Positions 28,777-38,977 of a DNA stretch of 64,000 nt are shown here, in pieces. The position numbers and the translations under genes are program-made. The notes beneath the pieces are model-generated. The model saw only the letters and a list, made by a program, of their open reading frames with translations, was not told the DNA's origin and made no database searches. Numbering within the stretch: the stretch's first letter is position 1; every line of letters starts with the position of its first letter. This DNA comes from Deinococcus hopiensis KR-140 (GTDB lineage: Bacteria; Deinococcota; Deinococci; Deinococcales; Deinococcaceae): positions 15,998 to 79,997 of the forward strand of contig CALPYF020000013.1 of the NCBI GenBank assembly GCA_943327755.2, read 5' to 3'.

Positions 28777-29723
28777 GTGGTCGGCGTGGCCGGCCAGGTG
28801 GTCTCTCCCTGCACGACCAGCAGATCCGTGCGCAGGCGTCAAACGACGAACTGAATCAGGTGGTGAAGGCAGCGTACGCCTCAGGCGTGCACGAGATCCC
28901 GCTGAGCGAGATCGACATCACGGGCGACTGGAACCCTCGAGGCAGCCTTGGGAATGACCCATACGGCGAGGCGGATCTCGCAGGCCTGATGGCGGCCATC
29001 CAGGAATACGGCCAACTACAACCAGTCCTACTGCGCCCCCACCCTGACCGCACTGGTCCCTACCGCTACCAACTGGTCGCTGGGTGGCGGCGGTACCACA
29101 GCCGCCGTCTACTCGGTGACACCGTCGTCCTTGCGAGCGTCTACAGCTTCCGGGATGATCAGCTTGACGCGCTGTCCACGTTGGAGAACACGCAGCGTGA
29201 GGAACTCGATCAGTTCGAGGTGGTGCGCGGTGTGTTCCGGACGCTCGCCGCCCAACTGAATGTCGAAATGGATGCCCTCCCTGGCTTGATGAGCCGCGTC
29301 CTGAAGACGGGCGAGGATCCCCACGACCTGCAGGACAAACTTAAAGTCCTCACCAGTGCCAGTCTCTCTACCTTCAACACCAAGTACGCCCGCGTGCTGC
29401 GGTTGCGCCCGGCAGAGATTCGTGCGGTGTACGGCCGGACGGTGGCGCCCACTGTCGCGCTGGAACTTGTGCGGCTGGGCGAGCGCCCGGAGCGAGCCAC
29501 TCTCCTTCAGCAGGCCGTCGACGGCGCCTGGACCACCCGAACCGCGAAAGACCGTGTGAACGAAGTCCTCAAGGGCACACAGGAACGCCCTGAGGTCTAT
29601 GACGCTGCTCTCCGAGTCACCCGGCACCTGAAACCCGCTCGACTCGATGCCCTCACCACCGAACAGCAGGCTCACGTGCATAACCTGCTTCGCCAGCTTG
29701 AGGAGGCGTTTGCGCCATCCTGA
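28773..29723 (+). CDS. parB: ParB partition protein (316 aa)
   Basis: WNPR, GQLQPVLLRP, YQLVAGWRRY, ENTQREEL. ATGA overlap with parA. Confidence 0.9.
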   Translation: MSGRRGRPGGLSLHDQQIRAQASNDELNQVVKAAYASGVHEIPLSEIDITGDWNPRGSLGNDPYGEADLAGLMAAIQEYGQLQPVLLRPHPDRTGPYRYQLVAGWRRYHSRRLLGDTVVLASVYSFRDDQLDALSTLENTQREELDQFEVVRGVFRTLAAQLNVEMDALPGLMSRVLKTGEDPHDLQDKLKVLTSASLSTFNTKYARVLRLRPAEIRAVYGRTVAPTVALELVRLGERPERATLLQQAVDGAWTTRTAKDRVNEVLKGTQERPEVYDAALRVTRHLKPARLDALTTEQQAHVHNLLRQLEEAFAPS

Positions 29724-29804
29724 GCCAGGCCTTGCCGGGACGAACAAGAGGAGGCGATATCGCCTCCTCTCAAGCTATTCGCCTTTTCCAGTTCGCTCTT
29801 GCAT

Positions 29805-29894
29805 CCCGGGGTTGATGCGCGTCAACCCAGCTCCACACCCGGGGTTGATGCGCGTCAACCCAGCTCCACACCCGGGGTTGATGCGCGTCAACCC
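29805..29894. repeat. three tandem 33-bp repeats with a palindromic core, candidate parS
   Basis: CCCGGGGTTGATGCGCGTCAACCC(AGCTCCACA) at 29805, 29838 and 29871, 81 bp after parB. Confidence 0.85.
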
Positions 29895-29945
29895 TGTTGT
29901 AAGGAAGCTATGGCCCGTGACCAGGTCACGGGCCCAGTCGGGCAC

Positions 29946-32900
29946 ATGTCACTGATCAGCCTGTTCGATGCCGTGAAGCCCGCAGCCCAGCCTGCCCGCA
30001 AGGCCAGCCAGGGCAAGGTCAAGAGCAAGGGCGCCGCACACCCCACTCAGGCCGCCCCCGCTGTGATCACAGTGGATCCAGCCCTCGACGCATTCCGGAT
30101 GCGCTCCGCGCCGACGTACGCTCCCGCCTCCAGCGCCGAACCCTACGGCGTAGAGGCTCTGCCCATCGTCAGCACGGACGCTCGCCTGAAGGCCAACCAG
30201 GCCGTCCGCGACATCCTCGCCCGCGGCGTCACCCCCGCCGACCACGCCGCCCTGCGCGCCTGGAGTGGTGAAGGCGGCCTCGGCGAGCACAGCGCCAGCA
30301 CCAGCGCCTTCTACACCCCCGGCGAACTCGTGCAGGTCGCGTACGACCTCAGCCAGGCGCTCGGCAGCACCCGCCGCATCCTCGAATTCAGCTGCGGTGG
30401 CGGCGCCTTCCTCGCGCGCGCACCCAAGTTCAGTGACGTGGTCGGCGTGGAACTCGACGAGACCAGCGCCGCCGTCGCGCAGGCTCTGCACCCTCACGTG
30501 ACCGTCTGGAACGCCTCCTTTGAGACGTACACCACGCAGAGCGAGGACGCCCCGTTCGATCTCGTGATCGGCAACCCGCCCTTCGGCACACGCGGCGCCC
30601 AGGCGAGATTGCACCGCCCCGACCTCCGGCAGGCGCACTGGTACTTCGTCCTCGAAGGCCTGCGCCGCGTCACCCCCGGCGGCCTGATGACCGTCGTCGT
30701 GCCCGAGAGCATGCTCCGCGTGGACAGCGACCGCCCGCACCGCGAGGCGCTGATCGACCTCGCGCACCCCCTGATGCTGTCCGCCGTGCCCGAAGGGGCC
30801 TTCCGGGCGGCCGGGGCGGGCGTCACCACCGTCCTGCTGGTCCTGCGCCGCCACGATGCCAGCGTGACCGAAGCGCTGGCCGCCCTCACCCACGAGGAGC
30901 AGGCCCAGCTGCGCGAGCAGCGCCTGACGCACAGCGGGTACCTCCGCCAGATCGTGAACGGGGAAGGCGTCTTCTACCGCAGCGGGACCGAGTGGAAGCT
31001 CCAGTACGCCGGGGAACCCCTCGGCACGCCCCGCCACCAGGCCAAGATCGGGGACGGCCGCTTCGGCGACCCCGTGTACCCCGGTGGACTGCGCGTGGAC
31101 CTGGCGACCCTCACCAAGCAGGCCAGTGCGCGCGTGAACGACATCCTGACGCTGCCCGGCGCGCTCGCGGCCATCCAGACCCTGTTCGGCTCGAAGCCCG
31201 TGCCCGGCAGGCCCGCCCCCAGGCGCACCCCATCACGGACGGAGAGACCAGTGCGTGCGGCACGTACCGCTTCCAGGGCGGCCACTGGCAGTACGGCTCG
31301 CACCTGAGCAACCCCGCCGTACTCAGCGCCCTGACCGTCGCCCAGGCCATCACGGCGGCCCGCACTGGCCGGCAGCACGCCGCACGCGACACGGCCCTGC
31401 GCCTGCACGACACCCACCTGAGCACGCACGGCGCGTACGACCTGACCCTGCTGCGCCGCGCTGCAAAATCCGCGCCCGCCCTGCACGCGCTCGTCGAAGC
31501 GAACGGGGACGTCCCGGCGCTCCTGACCGAACTCACCGACCGGGAACCCCCCATCACGCCCGGCACGGTGGGCGAGGTCGCCCACCAGCTCGAAGCGTAC
31601 GGCCTGCTCACCATCACGAGCCTCGCCCAGTACGCTCAGGTCACGGATGGGGACGCCGCCGCGCACCTGCTCGCCCAGTACGCCTTCACCGGGCACACGT
31701 GGGAGGCCGCCAGCACGTACTACCGGGGCCGCGCGCACGAGAAGGCCCGCCTCGCCGAGACCCTGGCCGCCGATCACACCGGCACCGAGCGCCAGGCCCT
31801 CCTGCAACAGGCGCAGACCTGCCGCGAACGCGCCCTCTGGGTGGACATCACCGACATGACCCTCGAGGCGCGGGACCCACTGATCCCCGAGCACGTCCTG
31901 GCCGACTGGGTGAACGCCAACCTCGGGACCTGCGTGGCCGTCAAGCGCAACTCGTGGGACGCCGACGGTGCGCCCGTGAACCTAATCCAGGCGGTCCGCG
32001 GTGAGCACGGTGTCACCCTGCGCCTGCGCAACGCCCTGGATGACGAGCTCGCCCTGAAGGAGCGGCAGGCCATCAGTCCTGGGCGCGTGCGGGAACTGGA
32101 GGCGTACCTGAACTTCCGCACGCCGGTTGAACCGGTCGTGAACCAGGACGTGAAGACGCCCGAGCAGATCACCGCCGAACGCCACGCGCATCAGGCCCGC
32201 GCGGTACAGTTCGAACGGCAGCTCGCCGCGCACTTCCGCACGTGGCTGCTCGGCAGTGAGCACGTGGGCACGGTGGAACTCACCCTGAACGAGCACCGGT
32301 ACGGCCTGCTGACCGCCACGCCCGACCTGCGCCCCCTGACGCTCCCCCGGTACCAGGGGCCGCTCGCGCATCCCTTCCAGGCCGGACACGTCCGCGCCGC
32401 CGCGCGTATGGACGGCGTCATCCTGGACTTTTCAGTTGGGCTTGGGAAGACTTTGACCGCGCTGATGCTGGCTGAACTGCTTCTCCAGTCTGGCCGCGCC
32501 CGCCTGCCCGCGGTGGTCGTGCCGCTCTCCCGCCTGGGGGACTGGGTCATGAACGCCGCCACGGCCCTCCCGGGGTTGCGGATCAGCGTGATCGGCGGGG
32601 AACCCGTCCGTGCGCCGGACGGCAGCGTCGCGCTGGACGAGGACGGCGAACCCAGGGTCCTGACGGACACCGGGGACCGCCGCCGCGCGAAGATCGCCGC
32701 GCTCCTGACCAGTCCCCCGGATCTCGTGATCTTCACGTACGAGGCGTTCGAGATGACCCCCATGCTCGAAGAGACCCGCAAGAAGTACGTGCAGAGCGAC
32801 GAGACCCTCATGAGCGCGCTGGCCACCACGACCACGTTCGACGAGCGGCACCGGAAGATGGGCGGGCACCGCGCGCTCGCGGCCGGGGAGAAGTTCACGC

Positions 32901-35164
32901 AGCGGCACCTGGGGCGCGTCAAGGTCGCCACGAGCACCGACGTGCCCTTCGAAGCGCTCGGCATCGACGCGGTCCTGTGGGACGAGGCGCACGCGCTGAA
33001 GAACACGTACGCCGCGCCCGCCGTGTACGGGGACTCCAGCCCGAAATTCCTAGGTGGGGGAGGGGAGAGTAACCGCGCGCTGGACGGCAACCATAAGGCC
33101 CGCTTCATCCGCGAGCGTGGCGGCTGCACGGTTGCCCTGAGCGCCACGTGGTTCACGAACAGCCCTCTGGAGATCTGGAACATGCTCTCCCTCGTAACCG
33201 ACGCGCTGCCCGCGTACGGCATCACGAATGTGCAGGCCTTCACCGCCCGCTTCTGCGTGATCGAACCCCGCCTGATCACCCTCCCGGAAGGGGACGTGGA
33301 GTTCCACTCGTGCGTCGTGGGCTTCCGGAACCTGGACGAGCTGCGCGCCATCATCGGCCAGCACGTCATCCGGGAGACGGAGGACACCTGCCAGATGCAC
33401 GACCGCGTGGGGATGCCCCTGCCGCCCCTGACCACTGTCGAGCACCTGTTCGACCTGCACCCGGTCGTGCAGGACGAATACGACGCGGAGCAGGCCACCA
33501 TCAGCGAGGCTGAGAGTGACGGGGAGAAGCACCTGTTCTCGATCTTCTCCCGCCTGAGCAAGCTCACCCTGCACCCCCCGCTGATGAACGTCCAGGCCCC
33601 GAATGCCCGTTTCGCGGCGTGTGTCGAGGCCTGCCTGGCAGCCCGTGCCCAGGGTGGCCGGAATGTCGTGTTCATGTACACCGGCGGCGAAGGCGGCATG
33701 ACGTACACGGCCCTGCGCGACCAGCTCATCGCGGCCGGGTACCCCGCCGGTGAAATCGAGATCATCACCGCGAGCACGCACCAGGGTGGGGAACGCCTGA
33801 CGGTCGAACGCCGGTTCCGCCGTGGCGTCCTGACCTGCGTCATCGGCAGCAGCGTGATCGAACAGGGCGGCAATTACCAGGGTGCCACCGACCTCCACCA
33901 CCTCGATTACCCGCACCACCACATGGCGTTCGTGCAGCGCATCGGACGCGGCCGCCGTCAGGGCACCTGGGTGAAGGAAATCCGCAACCACGTGTACTTC
34001 GCCCGGGGCAGCTTCGACGTCATCCGCTTCCAGAACATGATGGGCAAGAAAGGCTGGGCGCAGCAGGTGTTCGACCCCACCCTCACCAGCTGCGAGAACA
34101 CCGACGTGGGCTTCGACGGCGAGGAACTGGCCGTCATGCTCAGCCGCGACCCGGACGCCACCCGCCACGCCATCCGCGCCAAGCGGGAGGCCCGGCAGGC
34201 GGAGAGTCACGCCGCGAGCCTGCTGGCAGACCTCACGGTCATCCGCGAGTACCTCGAAGCGCTCAGCCTGCTGGAGAAGCGCGACCGGACCGCCCGCAGC
34301 CGCGAGCACGGCCCGAGCACGCAGGACGTCGCCGGGATCAATCGCCTGGTGACCGCCCTGCGTGGCCTGCACGGTCAGGTACAGGCCCTGCGCGCCGCGG
34401 CGAACCCCATGGCTGCCCTCACCCGCCTTCAGCAGCCGATCCTGTGGGTGGAGGGCCTGCCCATCCACGCTGGGCTGACGTTCGAGCACCAGGGCAACCC
34501 CGTGACCGTCCGGGACCTGCGCGGCGCAGACACGGGCATCCGGGTCACGGACGTGGGTGGGAACGTGGACGTCATCGCGCACGTGGACCTTGCCAGGGCC
34601 CGGCACGTGCAGCCCACCCGCACGGAAGGCGCGTACGGTGCGGAAGGCCTCACCCGCCTACGCGCCGAACTTCAGGAGCGCATCCTGAGCGCTGAAGTCG
34701 CGCCCCAGACACCGGCTCAGCCTGCGGTCCCCATCCAGCTCGCCCCGGTGACGGAGATCCAGTCTGTTCCAACGCAGGACGCAGCTCCGGTGCAGCAGAC
34801 CCAGGCGGGCCCGCTGGTCGCGGCAGCAGACCCGGTGGTGGAGACCACGCCCACCCCGCGCCCCGCACCCGCCGTCCACACCGTCCAGCGCCCCCCGCTG
34901 CGCCTCCGGTACGGGCTCACCGTGACCGAGCAGCTCCCCGCCCGCCCCGCGCAGGTGTACGCCATCCAGGGCGACACCCTCACGCCCGGCGCGTTGGACG
35001 GCTGCCCGCTCGTGATCGTCGAGTACCGCGCCGAGCGGGACGTACGGATGGTCACGCTGGTGTTCCCGGACCCCACCCGCGCGGCGCAGACCCGCACGCT
35101 CCTCCGGCAACAGGACCCCCGAGTCCGCGCCCGGATGGATCAGCTGCTGCTCGCGGCCATCTGA
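29946..35164 (+). pseudogene. DarB-like N6-adenine methyltransferase plus SNF2 helicase, split by a single frameshift near 31190
   Basis: 5' frame carries LEFSCGGG and NPPF; 3' frame carries DFSVGLGKT, WDEAH, SATWFTNS and QRIGRGRR. The coding frame switches at TTCGGCTCGAAGCC (LFG|LEARARQA). May be a sequencing error. Hairpin-led at 29946. Confidence 0.8.
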
Positions 35165-35204
35165 TCAGAAGCTCTGGCCCCCAGCAGGGGGCCACGCGGG
35201 CATC

Positions 35205-35684
35205 ATGCATACCACCACGATCTCCTTCCACCAGCCCCAGCCGCCCCTGAGCACCACCCTGACCTGCACGCCCGACCCACAGCAGGACTTTGTCGCCGAC
35301 CACAACCTGGGGACGCTCACCCCGGACCCCACGCCCACCAGCGTGCCCATCCGGGACGGCCTGCACTTCACGCCCGCCTGGAGTGAAGCGGACGAAGCCC
35401 GCGTGCGGATCACGTTCCTGGGCTTCACGCCTGAACAGGCCCTCCGGGAAGCACGGACGGACGCGATGCGCGCCGCGCGCCGCCGGGCCCTGTGCGGTGT
35501 CACGTGGCACGTCCAGCGGGTCACCTGCCGGGTCACGAACGCGGCCGGGGAGGTCCTGGCGTGCCGCACGATCGGCGGGATCTCCAGTGACCTCAGTGGC
35601 GGGGCACGCGCGCAGTTGGAAGGTGACCTCACCAGCGAAGCGCTCGCCGAGGCGCGCGACCGGGCCATCCTGGGGCTGAACTGA
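35205..35684 (+). CDS. hypothetical protein (159 aa), hairpin-led
   Basis: ATG 10 nt after the hairpin. Confidence 0.7.
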   Translation: MHTTTISFHQPQPPLSTTLTCTPDPQQDFVADHNLGTLTPDPTPTSVPIRDGLHFTPAWSEADEARVRITFLGFTPEQALREARTDAMRAARRRALCGVTWHVQRVTCRVTNAAGEVLACRTIGGISSDLSGGARAQLEGDLTSEALAEARDRAILGLN

Positions 35685-35902
35685 TGCAGCGGCACACCAG
35701 TCTGGACGGGTTGAATGCCGGCGACACCGTGCGCGTGAACGCGACGTGCCGCATCCCGGAGTGTCGCGGGCGACCGGGCATGATTGCGTTCATGTACGCC
35801 GCGCAACCTGCCTTCGGCACGCCGGCGGAATTCATCGTGGATGTCGACTTCATTCTTCGGCCTCTGGGCCGGGAGGAGTTCGATGTCCCTGCGGCGCCAT
35901 GA
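35684..35902 (+). CDS. small beta-rich hypothetical protein (72 aa)
   Basis: TGATG overlap; GDTVRV...G.I pattern is SH3/KOW-like. Confidence 0.55.
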   Translation: MQRHTSLDGLNAGDTVRVNATCRIPECRGRPGMIAFMYAAQPAFGTPAEFIVDVDFILRPLGREEFDVPAAP

Positions 35903-35943
35903 GTGGTGGCCCACCCGGCTCCCGGGTGGGCCAGGTCGCCGTC

Positions 35944-37146
35944 ATGACCTATACCCAGCCCCGTCCGGCCCCCACCGCCCAGCACGCCCCGATCCTCCCC
36001 GACGACAAGGCCCGCGCCGCCGAACTCTGGGAATCCGTCAAGGGCACGGTCCTGGAGGACGACTTCCGCCGTGTCAGCCGCGAGCACCCCGACAAGGACG
36101 CCAGCCGCATGCACTACCTGGCCTTCCTCGCGGACATCGAGGGCCTGTTCGCCGCGCCTGAAGCGGACCCGTGGGAGGCGTCCCAGCCCGCCCCGGTCAC
36201 CCAGCCTGTCCTGAGCGCCCCGCAGCCCGAGCCCACCCCAGAGCCCGAGCCGCAGCAGTCCACGCCCGCTACGGAACCCGCCCCGGACCCCGAGATGCAG
36301 CCCGACGCGACCCCCGCGCCCGAGGAGGGCGCCGCTGAATCCGAACCCGTCAGCGACGCGCAGGACGCCCCCGCGCCCATCGCCACGCTCGCCGCCCCGG
36401 TGCACAGCGGCCTGATCGCCCAGCTCGCCGGGCTGCTTGCCGACGGCGGGGAACTCACCTTCCAGCTGCTGCGGGTCGGGGGAGACGTCACCATCGGCAT
36501 CTTCCCCAAACCGCACCCCGGCGAGGCGGCCCCTGTACCGTTCATGCTGACCGAGACGCCCGACTGGATGGACGCGAACCTCGTGACCGCCATGCAGGGC
36601 TACGCCGGGGCGCGCCGGGATGCCTTCAGCGTCGCCCAGCAGGCCGCGCAGCGTCAGCAGGCCGCGAACAAGAAGGCGGCCGACAAGCCCGCCCCCACCC
36701 CCGCGAAGGCGAAAACGAGCGTCCTGACCCTCAAGGCCGCCGAGGGCACGACCCTGAAAGGCACCCTCGGCGGCAAGGACGTCCCCCTGGTGGTCGGGAA
36801 GAACGACGTGCCGCAGGGCACCCTGGAGATCGTCGCCACGCACCCCGCGTTCGGGGAGGTGAAGAAGACGGTCGCCACGCACGCGAACAAGGAGCACGAC
36901 TTCACCGAGCAGCAGGGCGCGCGCGTCACCGTGAACGTCACCCCGCAGAGTGCCACGCTCGAAGTCACCAAGGGCGACACGGTCATCGCCCTGCATCACG
37001 GCATCGAGATCCTGCTCGCGCCCGGCACGTGGGTCGTGAATGCGCAGGCGGCCGAGCACGCCACCGCGAATCAGACGATCAGCGTGAAGGCTGGGAAGCC
37101 CCAGGTGATCGAGATGACACTCAAGGAAGAGCAACGCCTCTTCTGA
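35944..37146 (+). CDS. PRTRC system protein E-like, fused to C-terminal PEGA-like beta repeats (400 aa), hairpin-led
   Basis: Central LIAQLAGLL...VTIGIFPK...PFMLTETPDWMDANL..AMQGY plus an Ala/Lys-rich tail resembles protein E. Two PEGA-like units follow. Lies next to protein C. Confidence 0.65.
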   Translation: MTYTQPRPAPTAQHAPILPDDKARAAELWESVKGTVLEDDFRRVSREHPDKDASRMHYLAFLADIEGLFAAPEADPWEASQPAPVTQPVLSAPQPEPTPEPEPQQSTPATEPAPDPEMQPDATPAPEEGAAESEPVSDAQDAPAPIATLAAPVHSGLIAQLAGLLADGGELTFQLLRVGGDVTIGIFPKPHPGEAAPVPFMLTETPDWMDANLVTAMQGYAGARRDAFSVAQQAAQRQQAANKKAADKPAPTPAKAKTSVLTLKAAEGTTLKGTLGGKDVPLVVGKNDVPQGTLEIVATHPAFGEVKKTVATHANKEHDFTEQQGARVTVNVTPQSATLEVTKGDTVIALHHGIEILLAPGTWVVNAQAAEHATANQTISVKAGKPQVIEMTLKEEQRLF

Positions 37147-37181
37147 CAGCGCTGGCCCCCTCTGGGGGCCATGTCGTCTGC

Positions 37182-37442
37182 ATGAGCCTGCCCCACTTAC
37201 ACGCCGCCCTGAACCGTACCGATTGGGCCGCCCTCGCCGAACAGAAAGAGGTCCTGGCGAACGAGGTCGCCAGCATCCGCTCCGCGAGGGCGCTCCTGGC
37301 CGCGCACGAGTGCGACTCGGCCGCTGACCTCGCCCTCGATCAGGCGGAGTCGCTCGACGGCATCCTGCACTGGATGGATGCGCTGATGGACGCCGCGCAG
37401 CAGGATGGGTTCCCCGTCGTGTTCCACATGGCCTCCAAGTGA
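37182..37442 (+). CDS. helical hypothetical protein (86 aa), hairpin-led
   Basis: ATG 10 nt after the hairpin. Confidence 0.7.
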   Translation: MSLPHLHAALNRTDWAALAEQKEVLANEVASIRSARALLAAHECDSAADLALDQAESLDGILHWMDALMDAAQQDGFPVVFHMASK

Positions 37443-37478
37443 CAGTGCTGGCCCCCTCCCGGGGGCCACGCGAAGCAC

Positions 37479-37709
37479 ATGACGAATCCCACAGTCAGCG
37501 GTCAACCCCAGGATCTCACCCGTAAGTTCGAGTTCGACGGGCACACCCTCGCAGACCCCAACCCGAAGATGACGCCCGAGCAGGTCAAACAGTTCTACGC
37601 CCCCACGCACCCGGAACTCACCACCGCCGGGATCGGGAGCCCCGTCACGGACCTGAAAGCCGGGACGATCACCATCACGTTCATCAAGAACTATGGCCGG
37701 AAAGGCTGA
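37479..37709 (+). CDS. PRTRC system protein C (ubiquitin-like; 76 aa), hairpin-led
   Basis: RKF.F.G..LADP.P..TPEQVK.FYA..HPELTTA...P....F...GRKG with a C-terminal Gly. Confidence 0.85.
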   Translation: MTNPTVSGQPQDLTRKFEFDGHTLADPNPKMTPEQVKQFYAPTHPELTTAGIGSPVTDLKAGTITITFIKNYGRKG

Positions 37710-37851
37710 TCCGTGCCCGCCCCGCACGCCACTCGTGCTGGACGTGCCCCGGCAGGGGCCGTCCGGGGCGCTCGACGCCCTGCGCCGCAGCCTGAAGACC
37801 ACGCGGGGCGCGCCCGAGCCGAGCGCAGCCCAGGTGCCCCTCCTGCCATAG
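37693..37851 (+). CDS. small PRTRC-associated ORF, paralogue 1 (52 aa, ends VPLLP)
   Basis: High GC3 frame overlapping the start of the F-like ORF; similar to 40732-40920 and 44580-44780. Confidence 0.55.
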   Translation: MAGKADPCPPRTPLVLDVPRQGPSGALDALRRSLKTTRGAPEPSAAQVPLLP

Positions 37852-38867
37852 TCGACCAGCTCATCTCAGTGGTGCCGCGCGCCGTGCCTTCCCTGGCCGG
37901 CGTGCGGCCCCTTGTGCTTCAAGCGGACCTGGATGCCGCCGAGCGGATGTACGAAGAAGGTCTGCGCAACGACCCCATCCCGCTCGTGACGCCCCTGCTG
38001 GGCACCGTTCTCCCGGACCCCGGCCCGGACGGGACGCTCGACCAGCGCCTCCAGCGCGCCCTGACGGCCGCCCTGCGCACCGACGGCTGGACGCTCAGCG
38101 TGCAGAACGAACGTGGCCACCTGCACTTCCGGGGGGAGACGGACGTGTCGTGCACGATTGACCTCCACCGCCTGCACGCCGCCCTGTGGCCCGTGGACCG
38201 ACACCTGCTCCCAGGCCTTCTCTTTGCACTGGAAGTCGGGTCCAGTCGGGTCACGCCCATCGTAGGCCCGCATGGAGCGTCGTTCATCTGTCAGCAGCAC
38301 TTCAGCACGGAAGCCCTGGCGGAGTACACCCTGCCAGAACGCTTCGAACGGCCGGACCTGGTCCTCACGGAGCGGGATGCCGTTCGGGCCGCGCGACGAC
38401 TGGGCATTCCACACGGGCAGCAGGTGCAGGACGCGTTGCCCTGGCCATACTTCCGGGATCTGCTGAGCCTGGAGGACACCCTGGCACGCCTGGAGCAGGT
38501 GCTGCCCCGTGTGCCCGCTCTCGGTCCACTCCTGACGCTCCTGCCAGAGTTGCACGCCGCAGACGGCGCGTTCCTCCACCCCACGGACGACGAGTGGAGT
38601 GATCTCTTCCATGACCCGATCCCGCACACGTTCCTGACCATCACGGGTGGGGACGATGACCTGAGCCTGGACACCATGAACGAGTTCCTTCAGAACCACT
38701 GGGAGTGCGGGAACGTCAGCCCCCAGTGGTGCGTGCAGGTCGGCCGGAATGGCGAGGGACACGACCGGCTCGCGGCGTACCTCCAGCACGCGCCCAGGAT
38801 CGCCGAGCTGGCCGCGAAGTGCGTCGGCGTGCTCGATTTTGCCAATCGGAGTCTGCCAAAGCCATGA
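37713..38867 (+). CDS. PRTRC protein F-like, paralogue 1 (true start uncertain; coding signal begins ~37848)
   Basis: Follows protein C; clearly similar to 40746-41894 (DL..LHAAL...D..LLPG, GIPH...V.D..PWPY). Confidence 0.6.
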   Translation: MPAPHATRAGRAPAGAVRGARRPAPQPEDHAGRARAERSPGAPPAIVDQLISVVPRAVPSLAGVRPLVLQADLDAAERMYEEGLRNDPIPLVTPLLGTVLPDPGPDGTLDQRLQRALTAALRTDGWTLSVQNERGHLHFRGETDVSCTIDLHRLHAALWPVDRHLLPGLLFALEVGSSRVTPIVGPHGASFICQQHFSTEALAEYTLPERFERPDLVLTERDAVRAARRLGIPHGQQVQDALPWPYFRDLLSLEDTLARLEQVLPRVPALGPLLTLLPELHAADGAFLHPTDDEWSDLFHDPIPHTFLTITGGDDDLSLDTMNEFLQNHWECGNVSPQWCVQVGRNGEGHDRLAAYLQHAPRIAELAAKCVGVLDFANRSLPKP

Positions 38868-38977
38868 CCGTCGCCCAACCCCAGCATTTCCAGAATGGAC
38901 CTGACGCTTCTGGATCAGGTCCGTGATACGTCCAGAAGACAGCCTCGTGTGGGATAAGTATCCAATACAGTGACCGC

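Noticed and set aside
29805-29894. Mini-CRISPR, or coding N-terminus of ORF 29799-31307
   Set aside because: The units are identical with no unique spacers. The gene start is better placed at hairpin-led ATG 29946.
37129-37146. Beta-clamp-binding motifs (EQRLF here, TERLF at the end of 26982-27716, LISLF at the start of 29946)
   Set aside because: None matches the QL[S/D]LF spacing well; too short to support a claim.
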